Assembly (NCBI GenBank): GCA_905193385.1
Contig: CAJJOL010000009.1
Coordinates: 18,465-82,464, forward strand
Direction of reading: 5' to 3'
Length of the DNA stretch: 64,000 bases
Origin: an uncultured Prevotella sp.
GTDB taxonomy: Bacteria > Bacteroidota > Bacteroidia > Bacteroidales > Bacteroidaceae
Shown here one piece after another: positions 38,000-46,716 of this stretch (the first letter of the stretch is position 1; the number at the start of each line of letters is the position of its first letter). The translations under genes were made by a program, and so were the position numbers. Under the pieces are notes generated by a model. That model did no database searches and was not told the DNA's origin. It saw nothing but the letters and a program-made list of their open reading frames with translations.

Positions 38000-40153
38000 A
38001 TGAGAAATTCTACCTTATTACTTGCTATAGCCTCGGCAATGTTTATGCAGGCAGCTCCTGCAGCGGCACAAAACAATGTGCCAATCAGAAAAATCAAGGC
38101 TGTAAAACCAACGACCGAGCTTACGCTGCTCGACCGGGTGGAAAGCGACACTCACCGGAAGATATATCAATACAACGAGTATGGATATATCACGTCGGTC
38201 ATGGAATACAACAAGGAGGCGGGACAGTGGGTGCTCGACACCGACAACTCCTATCGCCAGGAGTACGTGTTCAATGCCGCCGGACAGTGTACAGCCCGAA
38301 CAAGCTTCAATGTGGACAAGGCTGGCAACAAGACCACTGAGAAGAACAAAGCTAAAGTGGAAGTGATAGGCGACACGACATGGGAACGCTACTATAGGGA
38401 ATATCCCGACTCCACCACTCACATAAGTGAGGCATACGCCTACGACCAGTGGGGCAACCGCGTGGAGGAAATCCTGTATGGATATGACAGCTACAATCGT
38501 AAGGAGTTCATACGCAGATATAAAAAGAGAGAATACTCCGGACCGGTAGACATATACGCCGACAATGCAAATTACACCAGCATCGAGAGAGGCCGACTTT
38601 TGTATGATCTTACGGCAAAAGGACAAGATGATTACCATTACACGATGAATACCAACGAGCTGTATGTTGATGAATTCCGTAAGATAGTATGGCAAACCGA
38701 AAACGACAAACTGTACAAACGGGAATACACCTGCCCAAACTATCTACAAATTACGGTAGGAAGTATAGAGAGAGAAATGTGGAAATCGTCTGAAAGCGAA
38801 TTCGCACTCAATGCTGACGGCACCCGACCAGTACGGGAGACAATGCGTAGCTATGACCAAACTGGCGAAGTAACGGGCGATAATATTTCTCATTCTTACA
38901 CATGGGACAATCTCGGTCGCCTGTTATCCGACATCAGATACAATGGATCGACATCGGAAATATCATATAAGGACGAATATACTTACGCCGACGACTATGC
39001 AAAGAAACTGTCGCTGCGCGAAGCTATTGAAGCATTAGACGGTGGCGGTCAGATATATCCGGAGGACGAGTTTATGCAGTTTGGACATCCGGCAACCTCT
39101 TCTTACTATTATCCCGACGATGGTGATAAGGGTGAGAGTACATACGAGTGGAACGCCAACGGACAACTCATTGGAGGCAAATGGACGGAGACTTATAAAG
39201 AGTATGATTCCAATAACGACAATCCGACAACTGTGACCGACTACGGCGAGATACGAGTAGGATATAACGCCGATGGACATCTGGCATGGAAGATTGACCA
39301 TAGCATCAGCGAAAACGAGTTCATCAAGATTGAATACCTGTACAACAAGAAAGGTGTTTGGACTAGTGAGGCAGAATATGATGGCGACAGTTGGGATGGT
39401 CCGTGGACCAAGGAAGATTGGAGCAAAGCAAGAGCCAGAAAGCGTCTCGCAACGCGTGCTGCTACAACACCGAAGTTTATCGATGACTTGACCGACGGCA
39501 GTCATTCTATAGAAAAACATGATGGTGTATGGAATACTTATGGAAACTACAATGTGACCGATGGCATCGTGACAGGCGGTGGTTATCAACAGACTCTCGT
39601 AAGCAACGCATCCGTTCCTGCTAATCCAGCATATAACTATACCGACCCGTTGATGCCTCTCGAAAGAGAAGATGAAGAAGCTTATCCTGTTACCACTGAA
39701 GCTATGTGGTATTATTATTGGAACACGGACAAGGGCGATTGGGAACTTGACTGGGGGCCGACAGAAGCCAAAAGGGTGTATAACAAGGATGGCAATATCG
39801 TTGCCGACACCTACAACGGCAATCAGACCATAGTAAGTACAATAACATACCGTCTTGACGACGACGGCAGACTGATTGAGGAAATCTACAGCAAGGGTGG
39901 CAACATCACCTACGAGTATCTCCCCGGCACCGACTATCTGCTTGAGAGTGTTGAGACAGCAGCCGACAACTCTCGCAACGTGTGCCACTATTACTACAGC
40001 AAGCACAACTATGTTGACCCGACGGGCATTGAAAGCATTAAACGCAACGACGCTTCCACACCCGTATGGTACGACCTGCAAGGCCGCCGCATAACCACTC
40101 CGACTTCCAAAGGCATCTACATTGTCAACGGAAAGAAAGTGATGGTTCGATGA
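38000..40153 (+). CDS. Secreted YD/RHS-like repeat protein with T9SS C-terminal sorting domain
   Basis: Signal peptide. Repeated Y.YD..GR-type motifs (YAYDQWGNRVEE, YTWDNLGRLLSD, YNADGHLAWK, YRLDDDGRLIEE). C-terminal ~80 aa ending ...WYDLQGRRITTPTSKGIYIVNGKKVMVR, typical of T9SS CTD type A. Confidence 0.65.
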   Translation: MRNSTLLLAIASAMFMQAAPAAAQNNVPIRKIKAVKPTTELTLLDRVESDTHRKIYQYNEYGYITSVMEYNKEAGQWVLDTDNSYRQEYVFNAAGQCTARTSFNVDKAGNKTTEKNKAKVEVIGDTTWERYYREYPDSTTHISEAYAYDQWGNRVEEILYGYDSYNRKEFIRRYKKREYSGPVDIYADNANYTSIERGRLLYDLTAKGQDDYHYTMNTNELYVDEFRKIVWQTENDKLYKREYTCPNYLQITVGSIEREMWKSSESEFALNADGTRPVRETMRSYDQTGEVTGDNISHSYTWDNLGRLLSDIRYNGSTSEISYKDEYTYADDYAKKLSLREAIEALDGGGQIYPEDEFMQFGHPATSSYYYPDDGDKGESTYEWNANGQLIGGKWTETYKEYDSNNDNPTTVTDYGEIRVGYNADGHLAWKIDHSISENEFIKIEYLYNKKGVWTSEAEYDGDSWDGPWTKEDWSKARARKRLATRAATTPKFIDDLTDGSHSIEKHDGVWNTYGNYNVTDGIVTGGGYQQTLVSNASVPANPAYNYTDPLMPLEREDEEAYPVTTEAMWYYYWNTDKGDWELDWGPTEAKRVYNKDGNIVADTYNGNQTIVSTITYRLDDDGRLIEEIYSKGGNITYEYLPGTDYLLESVETAADNSRNVCHYYYSKHNYVDPTGIESIKRNDASTPVWYDLQGRRITTPTSKGIYIVNGKKVMVR

Positions 40154-40229
40154 AACACAAAAGCAACGAGATAACCTCAAATCGGTCATTTGGAAATGTA
40201 AGCCCCTTTTTCCTAATGACCGGTTATGG

Positions 40230-40287
40230 TTAAACATAAAAAGGCGTACAACCGAAATCGTAAAGATTGAGGTTGTACGCCTTTTGG
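40230..40287. repeat. ~58-bp hairpin direct repeat, copy A (TTAAACATAAAAAGGCGTACAACC...GGTTGTACGCCTTTTGG)
   Basis: Stem GGCGTACAACC/GGTTGTACGCC. Copy B at 51271-51327 is ~90% identical, including the loop. Confidence 0.8.
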
Positions 40288-40417
40288 CGTATTTGTATAA
40301 CCACATAATAATCATGAAAAATAATCAGGTCGGTGTAGTGCTTACAATATCCTATTTTTTAGGTATTAAAGAAACATACTTACGATAGTCTTTACTCTGT
40401 TCTGCGTTGCAACAATC

Positions 40418-41236
40418 ATGGCACAGAATGTGGATAACGAAAAAACAGGAATACTTCTTGTACATTACGGCACGTCAAACGATAAAAGCCGTGCACAGAC
40501 CATAGACAAACTCAACTCTCGTGTAGCTGAAACCTTTCCAGACTGTGCAGTTGTTGAGGCTTATTCGGCTCCGTCGGTGATAAAGACGCTTGCAAAGCGT
40601 GGCATCAAGAAACTTTACATCTCGCAAGCTCTTGATTCGCTGAAAGCGCTTGGCTGCAACAAACTCGTTGTGCAGAGCACGATGCTTCTTGATGGAGTGA
40701 TGACAGAGATGCTGAGAACAGAAGTTGGCAAGGTAAAGAACGACTTCAGAGCAGTATCTGTTGTTCGTCCATTGCTTTACTCGGTAGACGACTGCCGGAC
40801 AATGATAGAGATGCTAACCAAGAGTCTTCTTGCAGACAAATCGGTAGCAACAAAAAAATCACAAGTGGTGCTTGTTGGTCACGGTAGCGACAGTCCGGCA
40901 AATGCCATGTACAGTCAGATTGACTATTTGTTGAAAGCTGAAGAAAAGTCTTCATGGCATGTAGGCACGATAGAAGGTTTTCCTAAGAGAGAAAACGTGG
41001 AACAACAGTTGAAGAACAGCAAAAACAAAAACGTAATCCTTGTACCTCTGCTCTACATCGCCGGTAACCATCAGAAGGAAGATATTGATGGAGTGTGGAA
41101 AACGCAGCTTCAGACTAAAGGCTACCATGTGGACGTGTTTGGGAAAGGAATCGGAGAAATGACCGAAATTCAGAATATGATCATTGGTAAGATTGATGCT
41201 CAAATAAAGACAGTAAACTCTGAAAAGGCTAAGTAA
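40418..41236 (+). CDS. CbiK-like chelatase / CbiK-fold heme- or cobalt-binding protein
   Basis: Two class II chelatase half-domains (ILLVHYGTS... and VVLVGHGSDSP...). Size ~270 aa and genomic context next to a TonB receptor. Confidence 0.5.
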   Translation: MAQNVDNEKTGILLVHYGTSNDKSRAQTIDKLNSRVAETFPDCAVVEAYSAPSVIKTLAKRGIKKLYISQALDSLKALGCNKLVVQSTMLLDGVMTEMLRTEVGKVKNDFRAVSVVRPLLYSVDDCRTMIEMLTKSLLADKSVATKKSQVVLVGHGSDSPANAMYSQIDYLLKAEEKSSWHVGTIEGFPKRENVEQQLKNSKNKNVILVPLLYIAGNHQKEDIDGVWKTQLQTKGYHVDVFGKGIGEMTEIQNMIIGKIDAQIKTVNSEKAK

Positions 41237-41347
41237 ATTGTTGTTGTCTACAGAAAAAAACAATGCGATAAGTCATAATAAAGAAAAAGGGAGATGCCCT
41301 TACACACAGACAAACTAATACAAAAAGAAATCAACAAACATAATTAT

Positions 41348-43411
41348 ATGAACAACAGAACTCTACTTTTTGTCGTAGCTGCTTCGCTTGGCTGCTTAAA
41401 TGCCGTGGCAGGTAATGTTTATGACGGAACTAATGACGATAAGGACATTAGCAAGACAATAAATCTCAACCCGGTAGTAGTTACAGGAAACGGACACCAC
41501 CAGTTGCTTAAGTCTACCACGACACCAGTGCATGTGCTTTCACAGCAGGCAATAAAGGAAACTGGAACGACCGACTTTCAAGATGTGCTGACAAAGCTCA
41601 TGCCACAGGTGTCGTTCTCGCCTAACGCCATGGGATCATACATCCGTGTTAAGGGCTTGGGAAACAAATATGTGCTTGTTCTTGTCAACGGCAAAAAGAT
41701 GATAGGCGATATTGCAGGCAATGTAGACCTAAGCCGCATCAATATGTCGAAGGTAAAACGTATTGAGGTGCTTGATGGTGCTGCCTCTGCCCTTTATGGT
41801 TCAGATGCCATTGGCGGAGTGATAAACATCATTACTGATGAGAAGACAATGGACAAAGTAGTTGCTTCTTCAGATACACGACTATCGGGCAAAGGACAAT
41901 TTTCTGAAGGTGTGAACCTAGATGTTACATCAAAATATCTTGACTCTCACACCTCGTATTTTCATCAAGAGGCTGACAGTTATCAGAACAACAACATGGC
42001 TGTAGATGCTGACGGCAAAGAGTATGAGACGATAGCACCGCTGTTCATCGGTTTCAACTCAAACGTAATAAATCAGCACTTCGACATAAATCCTGCAAAG
42101 AATCTCTCAATGTATGCAGGTGGATCATACAGCTATAAACTTACCGACCGTCCCAACTCTCGTAAAGACATTACTGGAGGTTCCGATTATGACATGCGTA
42201 GCGAAGGATGGCGTTGGGAAGCGGGCGCAAAATATAATATGGGCAAACACTCTGTGCTCTTCGACTTCATAAACGACAACTACCACTATGGAAACCTCTA
42301 TCAGGTGGCAACGAATACTTATGACGTTGGAGACTTCGTGCGTAACAAGTCGCAAAAATACTATGAGGCTGAGCTGAAAGGCGTATTCCATTTCTATGAC
42401 AATGCAACGACGATCATTGGTGCTGACTGGCGTAACGACTTTCTCACGGCTACAAGCGGCAACGTAAACAACAATGTATACACACTTGCTGGATATGTGC
42501 AGCACGATATGGAGATTGTGAAAAATGTAAGTGCAACCCTTGGCATGCGCTACACCAAGCATGGCACCTTCGGAAACAACTTCACACCTAAGGTGGCATT
42601 GATGTATGCTCCTGGCAAATTCCGCTTCCGTGCTGCCTACTCACGCGGTTTCCGTGCACCAGGTCTCGACGAGCTCTACTATCACTACTTCAAGATGATG
42701 GGCAAGCGTCCTGTCATAACATTCGGAAACACAAACCTCAAGGCAGAAAGCAGCAACTACGTCTCATTGAGCGCAGAATACAGCAACAAGTTTCTTACAC
42801 TATCTGTTATGGGATATATGAACTTTGTTGACAATATGATTGTCAAGGAGAACATCACAATAGACGATGCTGCTCGTACTGAACTCGCACAACAGTTTCC
42901 TGAGGCAACAGCCGATCAGCTTGCGCAGCTGAAGACATACGGCCACTACATTAATAGTAATAAAGGCGTGGTAAGAGGACTACAGGCTAACGCAACTGTG
43001 AGTGTTACTAACGACATCTCTCTTATTGTAAACTATGCCTACACCAACGGCCGATCGAAGAACGCTGGCACATGGACCGCGCTTGAGCGAACCTTCAAGA
43101 ACAGCTTAACGGCAGGAGCCAACTACAACCACACTTGGCGCAACTATACCCTCGGTGTGAACCTCAACGGCCGCTTCCAGTCGGCAACTTATTATCCTGG
43201 CTATGAGAATGCTCCTGGCTATGGCGTAATAAACTTGAATACTACTCACACCTTTACCATAGGCAAAATGTTTAAACTTGTTCCTAGTGTCGGCATTGAC
43301 AATATCTTCAACAAGACAGATCATCGCACAGACACTCCTTTACAGAAAGTGGCACTTTACTCGCCTGGCAGAATGCTTGTGGTAGGACTAAACGTGAATT
43401 TTGCAAAATAA
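41348..43411 (+). CDS. TonB-dependent outer-membrane receptor
   Basis: Signal peptide, TonB-box-like NPVVVTGNG, plug motifs (RIEVLDGAASALYGSDAIGGVINIIT), and a large beta-barrel. Confidence 0.85.
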   Translation: MNNRTLLFVVAASLGCLNAVAGNVYDGTNDDKDISKTINLNPVVVTGNGHHQLLKSTTTPVHVLSQQAIKETGTTDFQDVLTKLMPQVSFSPNAMGSYIRVKGLGNKYVLVLVNGKKMIGDIAGNVDLSRINMSKVKRIEVLDGAASALYGSDAIGGVINIITDEKTMDKVVASSDTRLSGKGQFSEGVNLDVTSKYLDSHTSYFHQEADSYQNNNMAVDADGKEYETIAPLFIGFNSNVINQHFDINPAKNLSMYAGGSYSYKLTDRPNSRKDITGGSDYDMRSEGWRWEAGAKYNMGKHSVLFDFINDNYHYGNLYQVATNTYDVGDFVRNKSQKYYEAELKGVFHFYDNATTIIGADWRNDFLTATSGNVNNNVYTLAGYVQHDMEIVKNVSATLGMRYTKHGTFGNNFTPKVALMYAPGKFRFRAAYSRGFRAPGLDELYYHYFKMMGKRPVITFGNTNLKAESSNYVSLSAEYSNKFLTLSVMGYMNFVDNMIVKENITIDDAARTELAQQFPEATADQLAQLKTYGHYINSNKGVVRGLQANATVSVTNDISLIVNYAYTNGRSKNAGTWTALERTFKNSLTAGANYNHTWRNYTLGVNLNGRFQSATYYPGYENAPGYGVINLNTTHTFTIGKMFKLVPSVGIDNIFNKTDHRTDTPLQKVALYSPGRMLVVGLNVNFAK

Positions 43412-43494
43412 GACTTTTTAATGGAATATCAAGGAAAGCGGAAGCATCAGATAGTTGGTTTTCCGCTCTCCTTGCATTGATTATATAATGAATA

Positions 43495-44202
43495 ATGACT
43501 AAGAAAGTTCTTTTGAAACTTCATCTGTGGCTTTCCTTGCCTTTGGGAGTTATCATAATACTCATTTGCCTGTCTGGAGCTACACTCGTATTCAAAAATG
43601 AGATAAGAAATTCTCTTGAAATGCCAAAAGTCATTGCGCCACACGCAAAGAGCGTAAAAGTAGCCTATAGCGTAAAAGCGGGTGATGAAGAAAGGGTTGG
43701 CAAGACTATTGGCAAGTTTTCTTCCAAGGACGCTCCTTATGGTACAACGACAAAAAGAGATTTTTTCTCCTATGTCACCAAGTTTCACACCAGTCTCATG
43801 ATGGGACCTGTTGGCAAACTTATAATCACCTATACCACATTGCTCTTTATCTTCATCTTGATAAGTGGTATATTTGTTCTTCTGCCGAAAGACAGAAAGC
43901 AGTTGTGCCAACGCTTTAAGGTAGAATGGAACAAAGGAAGCAGACGCCGCCTCTTCGACCTTCACGTCAGTCTTGGCTGGTGGGCACTTCTTTGGTTTTT
44001 GCTTCTTTCTGTTACTGGCTTGGGGTTCGGCTTGAAGCTTGTACCTAAGGGTACTGAGTTGATGAGACTATTTCATGAACTGCATATAGGTTTGTGGGGA
44101 GGTATGTTGACAAAAATTATAACTTTTGTCGTAAGTCTCATAGGAGCATCACTGCCTATTACTGGTTACTTGCTTTATTTTCGGCGCAGGTGCAAAGCTT
44201 GA
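43495..44202 (+). CDS. PepSY-associated TM helix protein (PiuB-like)
   Basis: N-terminal KLHLWLSLPLGVIIILICLSGATLVF plus 3 further TM helices. This architecture is typical of PepSY_TM proteins encoded beside TonB receptors. Confidence 0.7.
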   Translation: MTKKVLLKLHLWLSLPLGVIIILICLSGATLVFKNEIRNSLEMPKVIAPHAKSVKVAYSVKAGDEERVGKTIGKFSSKDAPYGTTTKRDFFSYVTKFHTSLMMGPVGKLIITYTTLLFIFILISGIFVLLPKDRKQLCQRFKVEWNKGSRRRLFDLHVSLGWWALLWFLLLSVTGLGFGLKLVPKGTELMRLFHELHIGLWGGMLTKIITFVVSLIGASLPITGYLLYFRRRCKA

Positions 44203-44211
44203 TATTTTACA

Positions 44212-44300
44212 TATCCCAACGATAACGTATTCATCGCCCAACGATAACGTATTCATGTGCCAATGATAACGTATGCGTAAGCCGATGAATACGTATACGG
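44212..44300. repeat. Three ~22-bp direct repeats 'CCCAACGATAACGTATTCAT' plus one inverted partial copy (GATGAATACGTAT)
   Basis: Read directly: CCCAACGATAACGTATTCAT CG CCCAACGATAACGTATTCAT GTG CCAATGATAACGTATGCGT AAGCC GATGAATACGTATACGG. Confidence 0.8.
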
Positions 44301-44331
44301 CTAAAATATGAGTTATTTACATAGAATTGCT

Positions 44332-44856
44332 CTAAACATAACGAAGCCTTGTCTCCTCGTATATGTCATCAATACCATCAGCGAAACCATAGCCACATAC
44401 GCTCGCCCACTTGACACACTGCTGTAGTCGCTTGTCATACTTTTCCCACAAACCGTTTTTAGCAATGAACTCAACAGTCTTGGCGAAATTACCTTCAACA
44501 GACTCATAATACTGTTCCGACATATCACCGAAGTCGAATGTGAACTCTATGGCATATTCCATATACGACAGCATCAGTTCTGCAAGCGCATCGGCAGATG
44601 GCTTGAGCTTCTTGAAGTCAGTTACGGCTTTTCTGCAAACCGAAAAACGTGTCTTTGGTTCGCGACGTCCCTCAGGATAAAATTCAGCACGAATAATATC
44701 CTTGTATTCTTCGAGTTTGCTATTCTCGTCAGGACTTGCATAATACTCCAGATAATCCTTTGCTTCCTTGCGAGCATCATACATTTCAATCACCATTTCT
44801 ATTATCTCTTCCTTCGACATTGACCGAAGAAGTTTCTTTATCGTTGCTTTTGACAT
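44332..44856 (-). CDS. Hypothetical acidic cytoplasmic protein (~175 aa), unknown family
   Basis: Clean ORF with good codon usage, divergent from the Wadjet operon. No motif recognised. Confidence 0.5.
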   Translation of the reverse strand: MSKATIKKLLRSMSKEEIIEMVIEMYDARKEAKDYLEYYASPDENSKLEEYKDIIRAEFYPEGRREPKTRFSVCRKAVTDFKKLKPSADALAELMLSYMEYAIEFTFDFGDMSEQYYESVEGNFAKTVEFIAKNGLWEKYDKRLQQCVKWASVCGYGFADGIDDIYEETRLRYV

Positions 44857-44925
44857 AACTATTGTATTTTTCCACCAAAGATACAACTAATTTCTTATAT
44901 CTGAACGAAAATAACTATCTTTGTA

Positions 44926-44933
44926 AGCAAAAT
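44926..44933 (+). promoter_or_regulatory. -7 box TATCTTTG for the jetA operon
   Basis: TAnnTTTG ~18 nt upstream of the jetA ATG. Confidence 0.45.
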
Positions 44934-44950
44934 AACTAACTTCATAAACA

Positions 44951-46165
44951 ATGGACACACTATCGCACTTCCATTCACTTGACGAACTGATACGCGCTCT
45001 TGACAGAGAACGCAAACTTCTAAGCGGACTGTTTCAGGACCGCAAGCGACTGTCGTTCCGTTATGATGTGGCACGCGACATGGCAGCCAAGAAGGACGAA
45101 AGTCTGAAGTTTCTGCGCAGATTCGGAGTAATCAGAGAGAACGGCGACTTCGTGGAATTGGAGGATGTGTACATGAAGTTCTTTGAAGAAGTGCTCGAAG
45201 TGAACGAGGAGATAAACGTGGCGAGCGTAAAGGAGAGCATCGGCAATCTTAATGCCGCCATCGACTATTATCAAAGCGAGAACAGCCCCACACGCAAGTA
45301 CGGATACCTGAAGGACGTGAAGCGCATCCTGCGCAATATAGCTCTTACCACATTAAGAAACGTTATCGACTTAAAGCGAAACATCGACAATACATACAAG
45401 AACGAACCTACCTTCGCAGTAAAGAAGAAGAAACTGGTGAACCTTGATGAAAAGCGAAAGGACATAGCCGTGCTGATCAACGAATGCGAGAGGGTGATAG
45501 ACGAGAAACAAGCCACCTTCTTCATGATGGCAATGGACGTAGGACTGAAGGAGACGGTGACGGACGTGAAACTACAGCTTAGGGAGGTGTTTCACAACCT
45601 CCTCGAACTCGACCGGCAGATTATCAACTACCTCAACCTAATAGAATATCAGAACCGACTGTTCGAAAAAGTGCAGAAGCTGAAGTATCTGCGCGACCAG
45701 ATGCTGCTCGAAACCAACACCGACCTAAAGGCGAAGATGGACGCAAGGAATCCGGTATGGATGGAGCCTCGCCCAAGATATACGCTGAAGGTGTCGCTGT
45801 CAATGCTACGTACCACAGACCTCGGGCTGAAGATTCTGCAAGACGTTGCCAAAGGAAAACACAACAGCCGCTTGCGTAAAGGCAATCTGGCTGAACCGCT
45901 CACTAAGGAAGAACTTACCGAACAGCAACAGGTGCTGCAGATGGTGGACGTGCGTGAGGTGAAAACGGCATTCATGGCTTCGGGCGACAATCTCTTCCAC
46001 TTCGTAATGAACTATTCCGGATACAGAAAGAATATGACGGAAGAAGAAAAACTGGTGTTGTTCTGCCAGATTGCCGCACAATATCTTGACGAGCTTTTCA
46101 TAAGCGAAGAACATAGCCGACATGGCAACATTGAATTTCCATTGATTTATCCTAAAACAGCTTGA
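44951..46165 (+). CDS. jetA: Wadjet JetA-like (MksF/kleisin-like, DUF3375-type) protein
   Basis: First gene of a 4-gene operon with the JetA/JetB/JetC(SMC)/JetD(Toprim) order and size pattern. Helical, charged 404-aa protein. Called by synteny, not by motif. Confidence 0.5.
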   Translation: MDTLSHFHSLDELIRALDRERKLLSGLFQDRKRLSFRYDVARDMAAKKDESLKFLRRFGVIRENGDFVELEDVYMKFFEEVLEVNEEINVASVKESIGNLNAAIDYYQSENSPTRKYGYLKDVKRILRNIALTTLRNVIDLKRNIDNTYKNEPTFAVKKKKLVNLDEKRKDIAVLINECERVIDEKQATFFMMAMDVGLKETVTDVKLQLREVFHNLLELDRQIINYLNLIEYQNRLFEKVQKLKYLRDQMLLETNTDLKAKMDARNPVWMEPRPRYTLKVSLSMLRTTDLGLKILQDVAKGKHNSRLRKGNLAEPLTKEELTEQQQVLQMVDVREVKTAFMASGDNLFHFVMNYSGYRKNMTEEEKLVLFCQIAAQYLDELFISEEHSRHGNIEFPLIYPKTA

Positions 46166-46170
46166 CACTT

Positions 46171-46716
46171 ATGCGTTATACCAAAGACATATTCGACATA
46201 TTGAGCAGAGGTGGATTTATATCGCAAAACTCCGTCTCACAGCAAATCTCTAACCTTTATGATGCCATAGAAGATGACTTTCAGCAATACCAAGACTACT
46301 TCAGCGGAATTGGCTTTTTGCTTGAAGGCGGCAACGGATATTATTATTTCTCACGATCGGAGAACAAGGTGGAACTGGCGGACAAGGTACAGCGAATGGC
46401 AGAATGGATAGACAGGATTGACTTCCTCAAAACCTTTAACACTGCATTCGGGTCAGGATTCACATTCCGCAAATCGAATATCCTGGAGCAGTTCTCAAGC
46501 GACATAGAACTCAAGGAAAAGGCACGTCACCTTTATACCGACCTCAAAACCAACGATGAGAAAATGGACAAGCTGATAGGCGACCTACAACGTCAGGGAT
46601 TCGTGGAACTGCAGGATGAACTTGACGGCACTTTCAAGGTGACAGCAGCCTTCCATTACATAGAAGAACTTATTGATTGTCTCACCATTATAGAAACCGA
46701 TACCGAACAAGCATGA
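46171..46716 (+). CDS. jetB: Wadjet JetB-like (MksE/KITE-like, DUF4194-type) protein
   Basis: ~180-aa acidic protein translationally coupled to both neighbours (stop/start overlaps). Position matches JetB. Confidence 0.5.
   Translation: MRYTKDIFDILSRGGFISQNSVSQQISNLYDAIEDDFQQYQDYFSGIGFLLEGGNGYYYFSRSENKVELADKVQRMAEWIDRIDFLKTFNTAFGSGFTFRKSNILEQFSSDIELKEKARHLYTDLKTNDEKMDKLIGDLQRQGFVELQDELDGTFKVTAAFHYIEELIDCLTIIETDTEQA

Noticed and set aside
39035-40315. 426-aa minus-strand ORF antisense to the T9SS YD-repeat gene
   Set aside because: Low-complexity Val/Ile/Ala-rich translation. The + strand ORF has a signal peptide, repeats and CTD.
44212-44300. CRISPR array
   Set aside because: Only three ~22-bp direct repeats with essentially no spacers and no cas genes. 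Repeat and spacer lengths are incompatible with CRISPR. The same holds for the R1 arrays (20-bp units, no unique spacers).
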